A DNA stretch of 64,000 nt, from NCBI GenBank assembly GCA_039190745.1, contig JBCCXZ010000006.1, forward strand, positions 1 to 64,000. The letters run 5' to 3'. The translations under genes and the position numbers were made by a program. The DNA comes from Planctomycetota bacterium. GTDB taxonomy: Bacteria; Planctomycetota; Planctomycetia; Pirellulales; Lacipirellulaceae. The notes under the pieces were generated by a model. The model did not search any database and was not told the origin of the DNA. It saw only the letters and a list, made by a program, of their open reading frames with translations. Shown here in pieces: positions 19,450-28,912 of this stretch. Numbering within the stretch: the stretch's first letter is position 1; each line of letters starts with the position of its first letter.

Positions 19450-21279
19450 ATGGCCGAAGGCCTCGCGGGCAGCCAAGAAACAGACTTCCTGAGCGTCGCG
19501 GTACGGGAAGGGATGCTGGAAGAGTCGCAGGCGGAGAAGATCCGTTCCGACTCCGAGCGGACCGGGGTTTCGGCTTCTGCGCTCTGCATCGAGTCGGGGT
19601 TGATGCAGCCGATCCAGGCCGATGTCGTATCGGGGCTGCTGGAGCCGGAAGACGTGGCGCCGGGGCACCGCGTGACGGGGCTGTTGGGGCACGGCGGGCT
19701 GGGGATCGTCTACCGGGCGTACCAAGAGAAGCTCGACCGGACGGTGGCGCTCAAAACGATCCCGATCCACCGGATCGAGAGCACAACGGCGGTCGGCCGG
19801 TTCCAGCAGGAGGCGCGGGCGATCGGGCGGCTGAAGCACCCGAACATTGTCGCGGCCTACGACTTCGGCACGCATCGCGAGCGGCTCTATCTTTCGATGG
19901 AGTTGGTCGAGGGGATCGACCTGGACGACCAGATCAAGCTCGACGGCCGGATGGACGAGGTGACCGCGTGGGCGCTGGCCGAGCAGGTCGCGGCGGGGTT
20001 GGCGCACGCGGACTCGCACGGGATTGTGCACCGCGACATCAAGCCGGCGAACCTGCTGCTGACCGAGGCCCCGGCGGGCTACCCGCTGCCGCCGGGCGTG
20101 CCGCTGGTGAAGGTGAGTGACTTTGGCCTGGTGCAGCTCGACGCGGGGAGCGAAGAGCGTGCTCGGCTGACGGTGAGCGGCACATCGATGGGCACGCCGC
20201 ACTACATGGCGCCCGAACAGATCTCCGACCCCAGCGTGGGCCGCGAGGCCGACATCTACGCGCTCGGGGCGACCGTGTTCCACATGATCTCAGGGGCTCC
20301 GCCCTTCCCTGGGAAGACGATGGGGCAGGTGCTCTCGGCGAAGCTGCAGGGCAGCGATGCTTGGGGGAACGCACTGCCGGTCGGCGTGAGCGACGCCTCG
20401 ATTGGCCTCCTCAGAGACATGCTGGCCAAGGACCCTGCTGAGCGTGTGAGCAACTACGAGACGCTGCTGGAGCGGATCCGCGCCGTGAGGCCGGCCGCGA
20501 GCTCGGCCGTGGCCGCGGGAAAAGACCTCGGCGAGATGGAGACGCTGGACAGTATCTCGATCGACACCGACGTCGCCACGGAGGCCGCCGGCCTGCCGAA
20601 GAAGACTCAACCGAGCTTGCGGTTCGTGCTCTTGGGGCTGGTCGCGCTGGTTTGCTTCGGCGTCGCCGGGGGAGCGCTGCTGTCGTTGGGCCGCACGCCG
20701 GCCCCGCGGCTCACCCGGACAGCAGTCTACACGAGCCTCTTCAACGGCCAAGACCTCAACGACTGGACCGCCGAGCGGGGCCGGTGGTCGACCTTCAAGG
20801 ACGATATGGGCAGCGGGGCGATGCGCGGCAAGGGTTCGATCGTACGGATGATCGAGCTGGCCGGCATGTCGGCCGAGCGGCCCTGTTTCGGGGTAAGCCT
20901 CGGGGTGGGGCTGAAAGAAGCCGAGTCGTTCGAGCTGCACTTTGGGCACGAAGACTACAGTAACCGAGCCCTGCCCCGCTCGGTGCTACGCGTCGACCGG
21001 GAGGGTGTGCAACTCGGCACGCGGCCAGCCAAAGACGGGGATTTCTCGGCCGTCAGTGCGCTCATTCCGTGGGAGGAGTCTCCGGACGAAGCCGAGGGCT
21101 ATCTCGCGGTTGGCTTCGAGGCGCAGCCCGGCGAGTGGCTGGCGTTGGTTGACGGAAAAGCCGCTGCTTCGATGCCCCGAGATGCGACGGCGAACGCCCC
21201 GGTGGTTCAGCTGGTCGTACAGGGCGGCGAGGCGGCGGCGGTCGACGTGGAGGCGTACTTGCTCGGGCCGAAACCCTAG
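19450..21279 (+). CDS. Membrane-anchored Hanks-type Ser/Thr kinase with C-terminal DUF1080-like domain
   Basis: GHGGLG, VALK, HRDIKPAN, DFG, GTPHYMAPEQ; one TM; LFNGQDLNDW. Confidence 0.93.
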   Translation: MAEGLAGSQETDFLSVAVREGMLEESQAEKIRSDSERTGVSASALCIESGLMQPIQADVVSGLLEPEDVAPGHRVTGLLGHGGLGIVYRAYQEKLDRTVALKTIPIHRIESTTAVGRFQQEARAIGRLKHPNIVAAYDFGTHRERLYLSMELVEGIDLDDQIKLDGRMDEVTAWALAEQVAAGLAHADSHGIVHRDIKPANLLLTEAPAGYPLPPGVPLVKVSDFGLVQLDAGSEERARLTVSGTSMGTPHYMAPEQISDPSVGREADIYALGATVFHMISGAPPFPGKTMGQVLSAKLQGSDAWGNALPVGVSDASIGLLRDMLAKDPAERVSNYETLLERIRAVRPAASSAVAAGKDLGEMETLDSISIDTDVATEAAGLPKKTQPSLRFVLLGLVALVCFGVAGGALLSLGRTPAPRLTRTAVYTSLFNGQDLNDWTAERGRWSTFKDDMGSGAMRGKGSIVRMIELAGMSAERPCFGVSLGVGLKEAESFELHFGHEDYSNRALPRSVLRVDREGVQLGTRPAKDGDFSAVSALIPWEESPDEAEGYLAVGFEAQPGEWLALVDGKAAASMPRDATANAPVVQLVVQGGEAAAVDVEAYLLGPKP

Positions 21280-21433
21280 CTTGGGTGCGAGTGTTGGCCG
21301 GTCGCAACGCGATTTCTTGCGGCATGTTTCGCGGCCGCAACAACTCGGGGCCTATAGTTGAATGGGGCACAGCGCTTGGATGCGTTCCTTTTTGGCGGGC
21401 GGCAGGGGCCGCACTCACCGAAAGGGGTCCAAG

Positions 21434-21823
21434 TTGGATACGCTCGTCTTCAATATCGAATCGCTCCTCCCCAAGGTCTTTCTTGGCTTAGTCTCTTGGG
21501 GGCTCATCTCCTGGGCCTTCCAGTGTGCGTGCGACATCTGCTCGGTCGATCGGCCCGGGTTCTGGAAGGCGGCACTGGCGGTCGCGATCGGGGCCGGCGC
21601 CAACGCGGTGCTGCTAGGCTACTACGACGCGGCCAGCGTGGAGCGGACGGTGTTCACCTGGCTCGTGGTCCCAGCGGGGCTGGCCGTTCTGATCATCGCC
21701 TTCACGGTGCGTACCGGGCCGTTCTCGGCGTCGGTGGTGCTGCTGACGCACGTGGTGCTGATGGCGGCGGGGCTGGGAGTGGTGCAGCTGGCGCGGGCCA
21801 CGCTGCTAAGCGGGGTCGTTTAG
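21434..21823 (+). CDS. Small hypothetical membrane protein
   Basis: TTG start after aaagggg; about 4 TM segments. Confidence 0.65.
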   Translation: MDTLVFNIESLLPKVFLGLVSWGLISWAFQCACDICSVDRPGFWKAALAVAIGAGANAVLLGYYDAASVERTVFTWLVVPAGLAVLIIAFTVRTGPFSASVVLLTHVVLMAAGLGVVQLARATLLSGVV

Positions 21824-21849
21824 CGCGGATCATCCCCGATCAACGCGGC

Positions 21850-23940
21850 TCAGTCCTCTTCGTCCTTGAGTTTGGCGCTGGCGATGATCTGCTGCTGTAC
21901 GTTGCCGGGGACCACCTCGTAGTGGGAGAACTCCATGGAGAAGCTCCCCTGCCCCCCCGTCATGGACGAGAGCGTGCGGGCGTAGGTGGCCACCTCGGCG
22001 AGCGGGGCTTTGGCTTCGACGGTGGTCATGCCGCCGCCGGCGGACTCCATGCCGGCCATCTGGCCGCGTCGGCCGGCGAGGTCGCTCGAGACGTCGCCCA
22101 CGTTGTCGGCCGGGACGGTGACGTGGAGGTTGACCACCGGCTCGAGCAGCCCGGGCTTCGACTGCTTGAAGACCTCTGCGAAGGCCCGGCTGCTCGCGAT
22201 TTTGAAGGCGGTCTCATTGCTGTCGACGGGGTGGTCCTTGCCGAAGTGGACCTCGACGCAGACGTTCTGCACCGGGCAGCCGGCGACCACGCCCTGTTTG
22301 AGGCGCTCGAGGAAGCCTTTCTCGACCGCGGGCATGAAGTTGTTGGGGATCGAGCCGCCGACGATCGAATCGATCCAGAGGAAGTTGGCGCCCTCGTGGT
22401 AGTGTCTGTGCTTGAGGTGCGGGAAGCGGTCTTTGGTGGCAAACTCTTCCGGGTCGGCGTTCTCCGGTAACGGCAGCATGCGGATGTGCACCTCGGCGAA
22501 CTGGCCGGCGCCGCCGGACTGTTTCTTGTGGCGGTAGGAGCCTTCGCCGCTGGACTGGATCGTCTCGCGGTAGGGGATCTTGGGTTCGTGGGTGATGAGT
22601 TCGACGTGGTCGCGTCGCTTGAGGCGCTCCTGGATAAGCCCAAGGTGCAGCTCGCTCATGCCGGTGAGCACCATCTCCTTGGTCTCGGGGTCGTGCTCCA
22701 GGTGGATCGTGCTGTCTTCCTCGGTGATCTTGTGCAGGGCTCCGGAGAGCTTGGCCTCGTCGCCGCGGCTCTTTGGCTCGACGGCCAGGCCGACCATGGG
22801 GGTGGGGTACTTGATCGGCGGCATTTCGATGTCGCCCAGCGAGACGCCGGTGTGGAGGTCTTCGCACTTGGCAACGGCGACGATGTCGCCCGGGCCGGCT
22901 TCGTCGACCGGCGTGGTCTCCGAGGCCTGCACACGCAGCAGCGGGCCGAGCTTCACGCCTTTGCGGGCGCCGCTGCAGTGGACGGTGGAATCTTTCTTCA
23001 GCGTGCCCGAGTAGACGCGGACGAAGCTCAGCCGTTGGACGAACGGGTCGATGCGGGTCTTGAAGACCTGGCCGACGAGCGGGGCGTCGGCCTCGGGCTT
23101 GAGGGTAACGGTGTCGCCTTCGAGTTGCCCGGTGCGTGAGATTGCGGCCGGCGGTAGCGCGGCGGAGGCGAGCACGTCCATCAGCTCGGAGACGCCGATG
23201 TCTTGTTTGGACGAGACGCAGACGATGGGCGTGAGCGTGCCGGCGGCGATCGCCTGGACCATCAGCGTGGCCAGCTCGTCCTTGGAGGGCATCTCGCCTT
23301 CGAAGTAGCGCTCCATGGTCGCTTCGTCGACCTCGATGATCGACTCGACGAGCGGCTCGTTGATCTCGGCGGGGTCGATCGCTGCGCCGGCGGTGTCGTC
23401 GGGCACTTCGAGCGTGCTGGCGACGCCGCGGAGATCGGCGCCGAGCCCGAGCGGCACGTTCACGGGCATGCACGACGGGCCGAAGACCTCTTTGATCGAA
23501 TCGATCAGGCCGGGGAAGTCGATGTTCTCCGAGTCGAGCCGCGTGATTGCGATCATGCGGCCGCAGCCCGCTTTCCCGGCTTCTTCCCAGACGCGACGGG
23601 TGTTGACCTTGATGCCGGTGTGGGCGTCGACCGTGATGAGCGCGGTCTCGACGGCGCGGAGCGCGCCGATCACCTGGCCGATGAGATCGGGGTAGCCCGG
23701 CGTGTCGATCACGTGGAAGCGTTTGCCTGCGTGGTCGAAGTGGGCGACGGTCGACTCGACGGAGTGCTTGTGGTGCTTCTCTTCTTCGTCGAAGTCGCAG
23801 AGGCTGGTGCCGGCGTCGACGCTGGGGTTGCCGCTGACCGCTCCGCTCTTGGTGAGAAGCGTATCGACGAGCGTCGTCTTGCCGGTGCTGCCGTGGCCGC
23901 AGACGACGAGGTTCCTGATATCGGCGACGTTGTGGGCCAT
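21850..23940 (-). CDS. fusA: Elongation factor G paralog (EF-G2-like)
   Basis: GHGSTGKTT, DTPG, GMSELHL, PYRETI, HKKQSGGAGQFA, HPVDS; divergent switch I and G4. Confidence 0.93.
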   Translation of the reverse strand: MAHNVADIRNLVVCGHGSTGKTTLVDTLLTKSGAVSGNPSVDAGTSLCDFDEEEKHHKHSVESTVAHFDHAGKRFHVIDTPGYPDLIGQVIGALRAVETALITVDAHTGIKVNTRRVWEEAGKAGCGRMIAITRLDSENIDFPGLIDSIKEVFGPSCMPVNVPLGLGADLRGVASTLEVPDDTAGAAIDPAEINEPLVESIIEVDEATMERYFEGEMPSKDELATLMVQAIAAGTLTPIVCVSSKQDIGVSELMDVLASAALPPAAISRTGQLEGDTVTLKPEADAPLVGQVFKTRIDPFVQRLSFVRVYSGTLKKDSTVHCSGARKGVKLGPLLRVQASETTPVDEAGPGDIVAVAKCEDLHTGVSLGDIEMPPIKYPTPMVGLAVEPKSRGDEAKLSGALHKITEEDSTIHLEHDPETKEMVLTGMSELHLGLIQERLKRRDHVELITHEPKIPYRETIQSSGEGSYRHKKQSGGAGQFAEVHIRMLPLPENADPEEFATKDRFPHLKHRHYHEGANFLWIDSIVGGSIPNNFMPAVEKGFLERLKQGVVAGCPVQNVCVEVHFGKDHPVDSNETAFKIASSRAFAEVFKQSKPGLLEPVVNLHVTVPADNVGDVSSDLAGRRGQMAGMESAGGGMTTVEAKAPLAEVATYARTLSSMTGGQGSFSMEFSHYEVVPGNVQQQIIASAKLKDEED

Positions 23941-23975
23941 GGTTCCCCCGTTTTCGGTCGGTAGCGTTGGATGAG

Positions 23976-24710
23976 TCAGGCGTGCGACGCTTCTCCGGCG
24001 TCGCTGGCGGCCAGGGCCGCCTCGATCGTGATCCGGCCCTCGTAGTGGGCGCGGCCGATGATGGCGCCGGCGAGGCCGGCCGCGGCGAGCGCGGCGACGT
24101 CGTCGGCCGTGGTCACGCCGCCGGAAGCAACGACGGGCACGTCAACCGCCGCCTGCATGGCGGCCATGGCGTCGACGTTGGGCCCGGCGAGCATGCCGTC
24201 GGTGGCGATGTCGGTGTAGATGATCGCGGCGATCGGCAGCGAGGCGAGCTCGCGGGCGACCGCGAGCACGTCGGCGCCGCTGTCCTGCTCCCAGCCGTCG
24301 GTGGCGACCTTGCCGTCGCGGGCGTCGAGCCCGAGGACGAACTTTCCTGGGTGCTGTTTGCAGGCTTCCGCGAACCACTCTGGCCGTTTCAACGCGGAGG
24401 TGCCGACGACTAAGCGGTCGAGCCCGGTTTCGAGCAGCGCTTCGACCTTCTCGGTGTCGCGGACTCCGCCGCCGAGTTCGCACTGCATGTCGACGGCTTC
24501 GACGATGCGCTGGACGACACGGGCGTTAACGGGTTTGCCCTCACGGGCTCCGTCGAGGTCAACCAGGTGCAGGTGCTTGGCGCCGGCCGATTCAAAGCCC
24601 CGTGCGACGGTGACCGGGTCGTCGGAAAAGACCGTCTCGCGGGCGTAGTCGCCCTGCTGGAGGCGGACGCACATACCGCCGCGGAGGTCGATTGCCGGCC
24701 AGATCTGCAT
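23976..24710 (-). CDS. hisA: ProFAR isomerase
   Basis: PAIDLRGGMCVRL, LHLVDLDGA, YTDIATDGML, VASGGV. Confidence 0.97.
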   Translation of the reverse strand: MQIWPAIDLRGGMCVRLQQGDYARETVFSDDPVTVARGFESAGAKHLHLVDLDGAREGKPVNARVVQRIVEAVDMQCELGGGVRDTEKVEALLETGLDRLVVGTSALKRPEWFAEACKQHPGKFVLGLDARDGKVATDGWEQDSGADVLAVARELASLPIAAIIYTDIATDGMLAGPNVDAMAAMQAAVDVPVVASGGVTTADDVAALAAAGLAGAIIGRAHYEGRITIEAALAASDAGEASHA

Positions 24711-24854
24711 AGATTCTCGACGCTGCTGCGGGGGCGTTGCGGTGAACTCGCGGCGTTCCCCGCCGCGTGCCGCTGTCCCACCAGAAAAGCACTACCTGAA
24801 CTATCCCACACGAACGCGGCGATTTCAAGCTGCGGAGCGCCCTGCAGCGACCGG

Positions 24855-25466
24855 CTAGTGTTCTAATTGGGCGAAGTTCTTCAGCAGCCGCAGGCCGTCC
24901 TGCTGGCTCTTCTCGGGGTGGAACTGCGTGGCGTGCACGTTGTCACGCCAGACAATTGCACAGAACGGCTCTGGGTAACTCGCAACGCCCGCGACGCAGG
25001 CGTCGTCCTCCGGCGCGGCGTAATAGGAGTGGACGAAGTAGAAGTGCGCGTTGTCGGCAATGCCCTCCAAGAGCGGCGACGGCCGCTTGGCTTGTAGTTG
25101 GTTCCAGCCCATGTGCGGCACCTTGTATTCGGGCGGCACGTCGAAGCGGCGGACCTCACCGGCGAGGACGCCCAGCCCGCGGTGGTCGCCGTCTTCCAGG
25201 CTCCGCTCCAAGAGCAATTGCATGCCGAGGCAGATTCCCAGGAACGGCTTGCCGGTCTGGATGGACTCAAGAATGGGCTCGACGAGGCCGCGTTCGCGGA
25301 GCGAGCGGATGGCGTCCGCGAAGGCCCCCACGCCGGGGAGGATGACCTTCGAGGCCGCTGCGATCTCGCCGGGGTCGCCGGTGATCTGTGCCCCGTGGCC
25401 GACCTTCTCCAGCGCCTTCTGCACGCTGCGTAGGTTGCCCATCTCGTAGTCGACGATGACGATCAT
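24855..25466 (-). CDS. hisH: Imidazole glycerol phosphate synthase glutaminase subunit
   Basis: [34 protein letters not shown]. Confidence 0.97.
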   Translation of the reverse strand: MIVIVDYEMGNLRSVQKALEKVGHGAQITGDPGEIAAASKVILPGVGAFADAIRSLRERGLVEPILESIQTGKPFLGICLGMQLLLERSLEDGDHRGLGVLAGEVRRFDVPPEYKVPHMGWNQLQAKRPSPLLEGIADNAHFYFVHSYYAAPEDDACVAGVASYPEPFCAIVWRDNVHATQFHPEKSQQDGLRLLKNFAQLEH

Positions 25467-25582
25467 GGTTCAAACGGGGGCGAGTTGCGGGGCCATCGAA
25501 TAAGACGCCCGCGTAGGACCGTCGGTTCACCGAGAAAGGAGCAGTCTAGTCGATCGAACGGATCAGGCCCACGGCCTGGGCG

Positions 25583-25625
25583 GTCGACTAGTTTTGCCCA
25601 GTCGACTAGTTTTGCCCGGTCGACT
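25583..25625. repeat. 18-bp-period tandem repeat spanning a stop codon
   Basis: gtcgactagttttgccc at 25583-25599 and 25601-25617, partial third copy gtcgact at 25619. Confidence 0.88.
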
Positions 25626-26430
25626 CGGGGTAGACCACAAACTCGACCCGCCGGTTCCGCGTCTTGCCGTTAGGCGTCGCGTTCGAGACGATCGGGTGGT
25701 TCTGGCCGTGGCCGATGACGAAGAGTTGCTCGGCGGGCATCGTCCGCTGGCGGACAACGGCCGTGTAAACGGCGAGCGCCTGGGCCGAGGAGAGGTGGTG
25801 GTTGGTGGGGTACTGCTGCGACCGCGAGGGCGAGTCGTCTGTGTGGCCCTCGATGCCGATGAACTGGGCCGGGAAGTTCCGCCGCAGGTCGGCCGCCACG
25901 CTCTGGATTGTCTGCTCGCCCCCCTGCTTGACGATGGGGCTGCCCGGCAAGAAGAGCTGATCGGCGGGGATCTCGACGCGGACGACGTCGCCGTCCTGCC
26001 GGACCTCGACGCCGGGGATCGCGCTCACGTCGAGGTTTTTCAGCAGGCTGTTGTTCGCGCGGATCTCGGCTCGGGAACGCTTCTGCACCGACGCAACCAG
26101 CGCGGAGGTCTTGGTCCGGAGCTGCTGGTTGTCGTTGCGGAAGGCCAGCACCTGTTCGGTAGTACTCTTGAGCTGCCCGCGCGTGGCGGTCAGCTCGTCG
26201 GTGAGCAGCTGCACCTGCTGCCGCGACTGGGCGAGCAGCGACTCGAGTTCCTGGTTGTCTTGGTCGAGCGCGCTGGTGCGGCTCTGGAACTCTTGGTTCT
26301 GCTGGGCGAGCGTCTGCACCTGCTGCTGCAGGCTGTCGGCTGCCGGCTGGGCGTTGGGCTTGAACACGAAGCGACCGCAACCGGACGCGGAGAGCGCGAG
26401 CAAGATCAGTATCGGTGCGCAGCGTCGCAT
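25606..26430 (-). CDS. OmpA/MotB-family peptidoglycan-binding lipoprotein with coiled coil
   Basis: Lipobox SASGC; IEGHTDD, NHHLSSAQA, RNRRVEF. Confidence 0.92.
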   Translation of the reverse strand: MRRCAPILILLALSASGCGRFVFKPNAQPAADSLQQQVQTLAQQNQEFQSRTSALDQDNQELESLLAQSRQQVQLLTDELTATRGQLKSTTEQVLAFRNDNQQLRTKTSALVASVQKRSRAEIRANNSLLKNLDVSAIPGVEVRQDGDVVRVEIPADQLFLPGSPIVKQGGEQTIQSVAADLRRNFPAQFIGIEGHTDDSPSRSQQYPTNHHLSSAQALAVYTAVVRQRTMPAEQLFVIGHGQNHPIVSNATPNGKTRNRRVEFVVYPESTGQN

Positions 26431-27032
26431 GACGTTTGAATGAGGGGCGCCGTGTGGCCGATGGGGGGTTCGCCAGCTACATCGGCGGGGAACGTAGCAA
26501 CCGCCCTGTCGTCGGGCAAGTCCAGCGTTGCGGCCTTGCTAGCATCGGCCGCACCTGCCGCGGCGGCGGGGTAGCTTCCGTAGAACCGCTTGATGTAGTT
26601 CCGGTGCCAACGCTGCGGCTTGTGCGGCTCCCAGCCGTGCCGGAGGAGCAATCGGTCGGAGATGCGGGATCCGGGGACGTCGCACAGCAGGGCGTCGGTG
26701 CGTTTGATGCGGGCAATCTCGTCGAGCGCGCTGAGAGCAACGCAGGCGGTGGCGTAGCTCGTGCCTAGCGTTGTAACCAGGTACCGCAGGGCGATGAAGT
26801 TCGAGTGGCCGCGGGGCTGGTTGTAGTAGAGCAGGCAGCGGTCGGCCTGGCCGGCGCCGTGGTACTTGGCGCCGACCGGCCAGAAATCTGGCCAGGCGAG
26901 CACCTTGGGGAACGGGCGGAGGCGGATGGACTCAAGCCGGCGGCCGGCAGCGCAGATCACGCCGTAGCGGCGCCGGGCGAGCGTCTGCACGCCCTCGCCT
27001 TGGTCGGTAACGGTCTCGAACCACGGAGTCAT
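26406..27032 (-). CDS. Hypothetical protein, possible remote GNAT-like fold
   Basis: ATGA overlap with the upstream gene; LDEIARIKRTDALLCDV..RLLLRHGWE. Confidence 0.7.
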   Translation of the reverse strand: MTPWFETVTDQGEGVQTLARRRYGVICAAGRRLESIRLRPFPKVLAWPDFWPVGAKYHGAGQADRCLLYYNQPRGHSNFIALRYLVTTLGTSYATACVALSALDEIARIKRTDALLCDVPGSRISDRLLLRHGWEPHKPQRWHRNYIKRFYGSYPAAAAGAADASKAATLDLPDDRAVATFPADVAGEPPIGHTAPLIQTSCDAAHRY

Positions 27033-28330
27033 GCTTCCGGTTCTCCGTCAGGGCCCCTAAGGCTTTTGATCCCGCGCCAGACCAGCAACATCAAACCGAG
27101 CACAGGGAAGGTGATGGCTAGCACCAACGGCACGAGCCACCAGACCGCGAAGAAGACTTGCACGCTCAACCATACGTCGGCCCAGCGGACCACGACGAAA
27201 CCGACGCCCAAACAGAGGAAAGGGCCGTAGGGGATGGCGTCGTCCCGTTGGATGATTAGTTGCAACACGCCGACGATGAGGGCGGCAAACGGGGCGAGGA
27301 AAAAGACAACGACGCCCGCCTGCCAACCGATGAACGTGCCGACCATCATCATGAGCGTGACATCGCCGAAGCCCATGGCCTCTTTGCCGAGGGCGGAGGA
27401 GGCCACGACGCGCACCACCCACACCACGGCACCGCTGCCGATCATGCCGACCAGGGCGGTGAGCAGCCCCGCCCATGCAGTTCCGCCGACGCGGTGGACC
27501 GCGACGATTGCGGCCAACCCGGCGAGCAGCAGTACGCTTGGCAACGGACGGCGGTAGTACCGGACGAGTTGTCGGCAGACAACGCGGAACGCGAGCGAAG
27601 CCCGCCGCCGGCCATACCAGATCCAATGGGCGACCGAGAGGTTCCAGATGATCCAGCACGCCAGCCCGATCTTGAGGCCTAGGTCGCCGTAGAGGTCGTC
27701 GGCGAGCGGCAGCGGGGCGACGAGCGTCGTCCGTTCGAGGTAGCGGCCCGCTTGGTCGCCGACGGGAGCTTCGAGCTGCGGGCCGAGTGCGTTGGCGGGC
27801 AAGCGCGGCGAAACGTCGGGCAGCAGCGAGTTCGGCATCAGCATCGCGAGCGTCAGCCCCAGCAGCGTGCCGGGGGTGGTGATCTCGTCGGGGATGAGCC
27901 GCTCGTCGATGTCGATCAAACTGGCGGCGGCCATCAGCGTGAGCAGCAGCACGTGGCCGATGAACGTGGCGAGGACATTGGCCGGCGGCACAACGCCTTG
28001 CGGCAAAGCGGGCCACTGCCCGCGGATCAAACCGAGGCGGTCGATCTCCCACCAGTACAGCGCCGCGACGCCGACTGCCATCAACACTTCGACCAGCATC
28101 GGTCGGATCCAGAAACCCTTGCCGCTGAGGGATTCCTCTCGGCGGAGCCGCCACCAACCGAGGATGGGGATGCGGTCGGCGGCGGAACGCGGTTCGGCGC
28201 CTTCCGGCTTCGGCCCCCAGGGAGTGAAGGACCGGCGGTTCCAGGCGAGCCGGTAGCAGGCCCAATTCACGAACCCGCCGAGGACGGCGCCGACAAGCAT
28301 CGCGAGCAGCAGGCGGAGAGCGAGCGGCAT
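27029..28330 (-). CDS. Prepilin peptidase (A24)
   Basis: GGFVNWACYRL, IPILGWW, IDIDERLIPD, MGFGDV, IPYGPFL. Confidence 0.92.
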   Translation of the reverse strand: MPLALRLLLAMLVGAVLGGFVNWACYRLAWNRRSFTPWGPKPEGAEPRSAADRIPILGWWRLRREESLSGKGFWIRPMLVEVLMAVGVAALYWWEIDRLGLIRGQWPALPQGVVPPANVLATFIGHVLLLTLMAAASLIDIDERLIPDEITTPGTLLGLTLAMLMPNSLLPDVSPRLPANALGPQLEAPVGDQAGRYLERTTLVAPLPLADDLYGDLGLKIGLACWIIWNLSVAHWIWYGRRRASLAFRVVCRQLVRYYRRPLPSVLLLAGLAAIVAVHRVGGTAWAGLLTALVGMIGSGAVVWVVRVVASSALGKEAMGFGDVTLMMMVGTFIGWQAGVVVFFLAPFAALIVGVLQLIIQRDDAIPYGPFLCLGVGFVVVRWADVWLSVQVFFAVWWLVPLVLAITFPVLGLMLLVWRGIKSLRGPDGEPEA

Positions 28331-28369
28331 AGCGGCGGCGCCGATGGATTGAGGTGGGTGCGGCGGCGG

Positions 28370-28912
28370 TCAGCCGGCCGCGAGCAGCGAGAGCACCTCG
28401 GCCGCGACCTCTGCGGGAGGCTTGCCTTCGGTATCGACCGTGTGGGTGGCGCAAGCGCGGTAAATCGGCTCACGCTCGGCCAACAGAGTGCGGATCTCTT
28501 GCTGGCCGCCCCGGTTAGTCAGGTTGGGACGCCTCGCCCGCGTGGTTGGGTCGCCTTCCAGTCGACTGACGAGCGTCTCGGCCCCTGCGGTCAACCAAAC
28601 CACGGCCCCGCAGCGGGCGATGTGTTTGCGGTTATCCCCACGCAGCACTGCGCCGCCCCCAAGGGCCAGCACGGTGTGTTCGCGGCCGCAGAGCTGGGCG
28701 ACCACGAGCGACTCGGCGTCGCGGAACGCCTGCTCGCCTTCGTCGGCGAAGATCGCCGCGATCGACTTCCCGGCCCGCAGCTCGACTTCCACGTCGGCGT
28801 CGACCCAGTCGTAGGAGAGCGACCGGGCGAGCAGCTGCGCAACGGTGGTTTTGCCGGTGCCGCGGTAGCCGATCAGCGCGACCGTCGACGGGGCTTTGGA
28901 CTCGAGGCTCAA
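28370..28912 (-). CDS. aroK: Shikimate kinase
   Basis: LIGYRGTGKTT, GEQAFRDAE, LGGG, REPIY; TTG start overlapping the aroDE stop. Confidence 0.95.
   Translation of the reverse strand: MSLESKAPSTVALIGYRGTGKTTVAQLLARSLSYDWVDADVEVELRAGKSIAAIFADEGEQAFRDAESLVVAQLCGREHTVLALGGGAVLRGDNRKHIARCGAVVWLTAGAETLVSRLEGDPTTRARRPNLTNRGGQQEIRTLLAEREPIYRACATHTVDTEGKPPAEVAAEVLSLLAAG

Noticed and set aside
25583..25625. Short repeats here and at 10628-10682 as CRISPR arrays
   Set aside because: No unique spacers, units too short, no cas genes.
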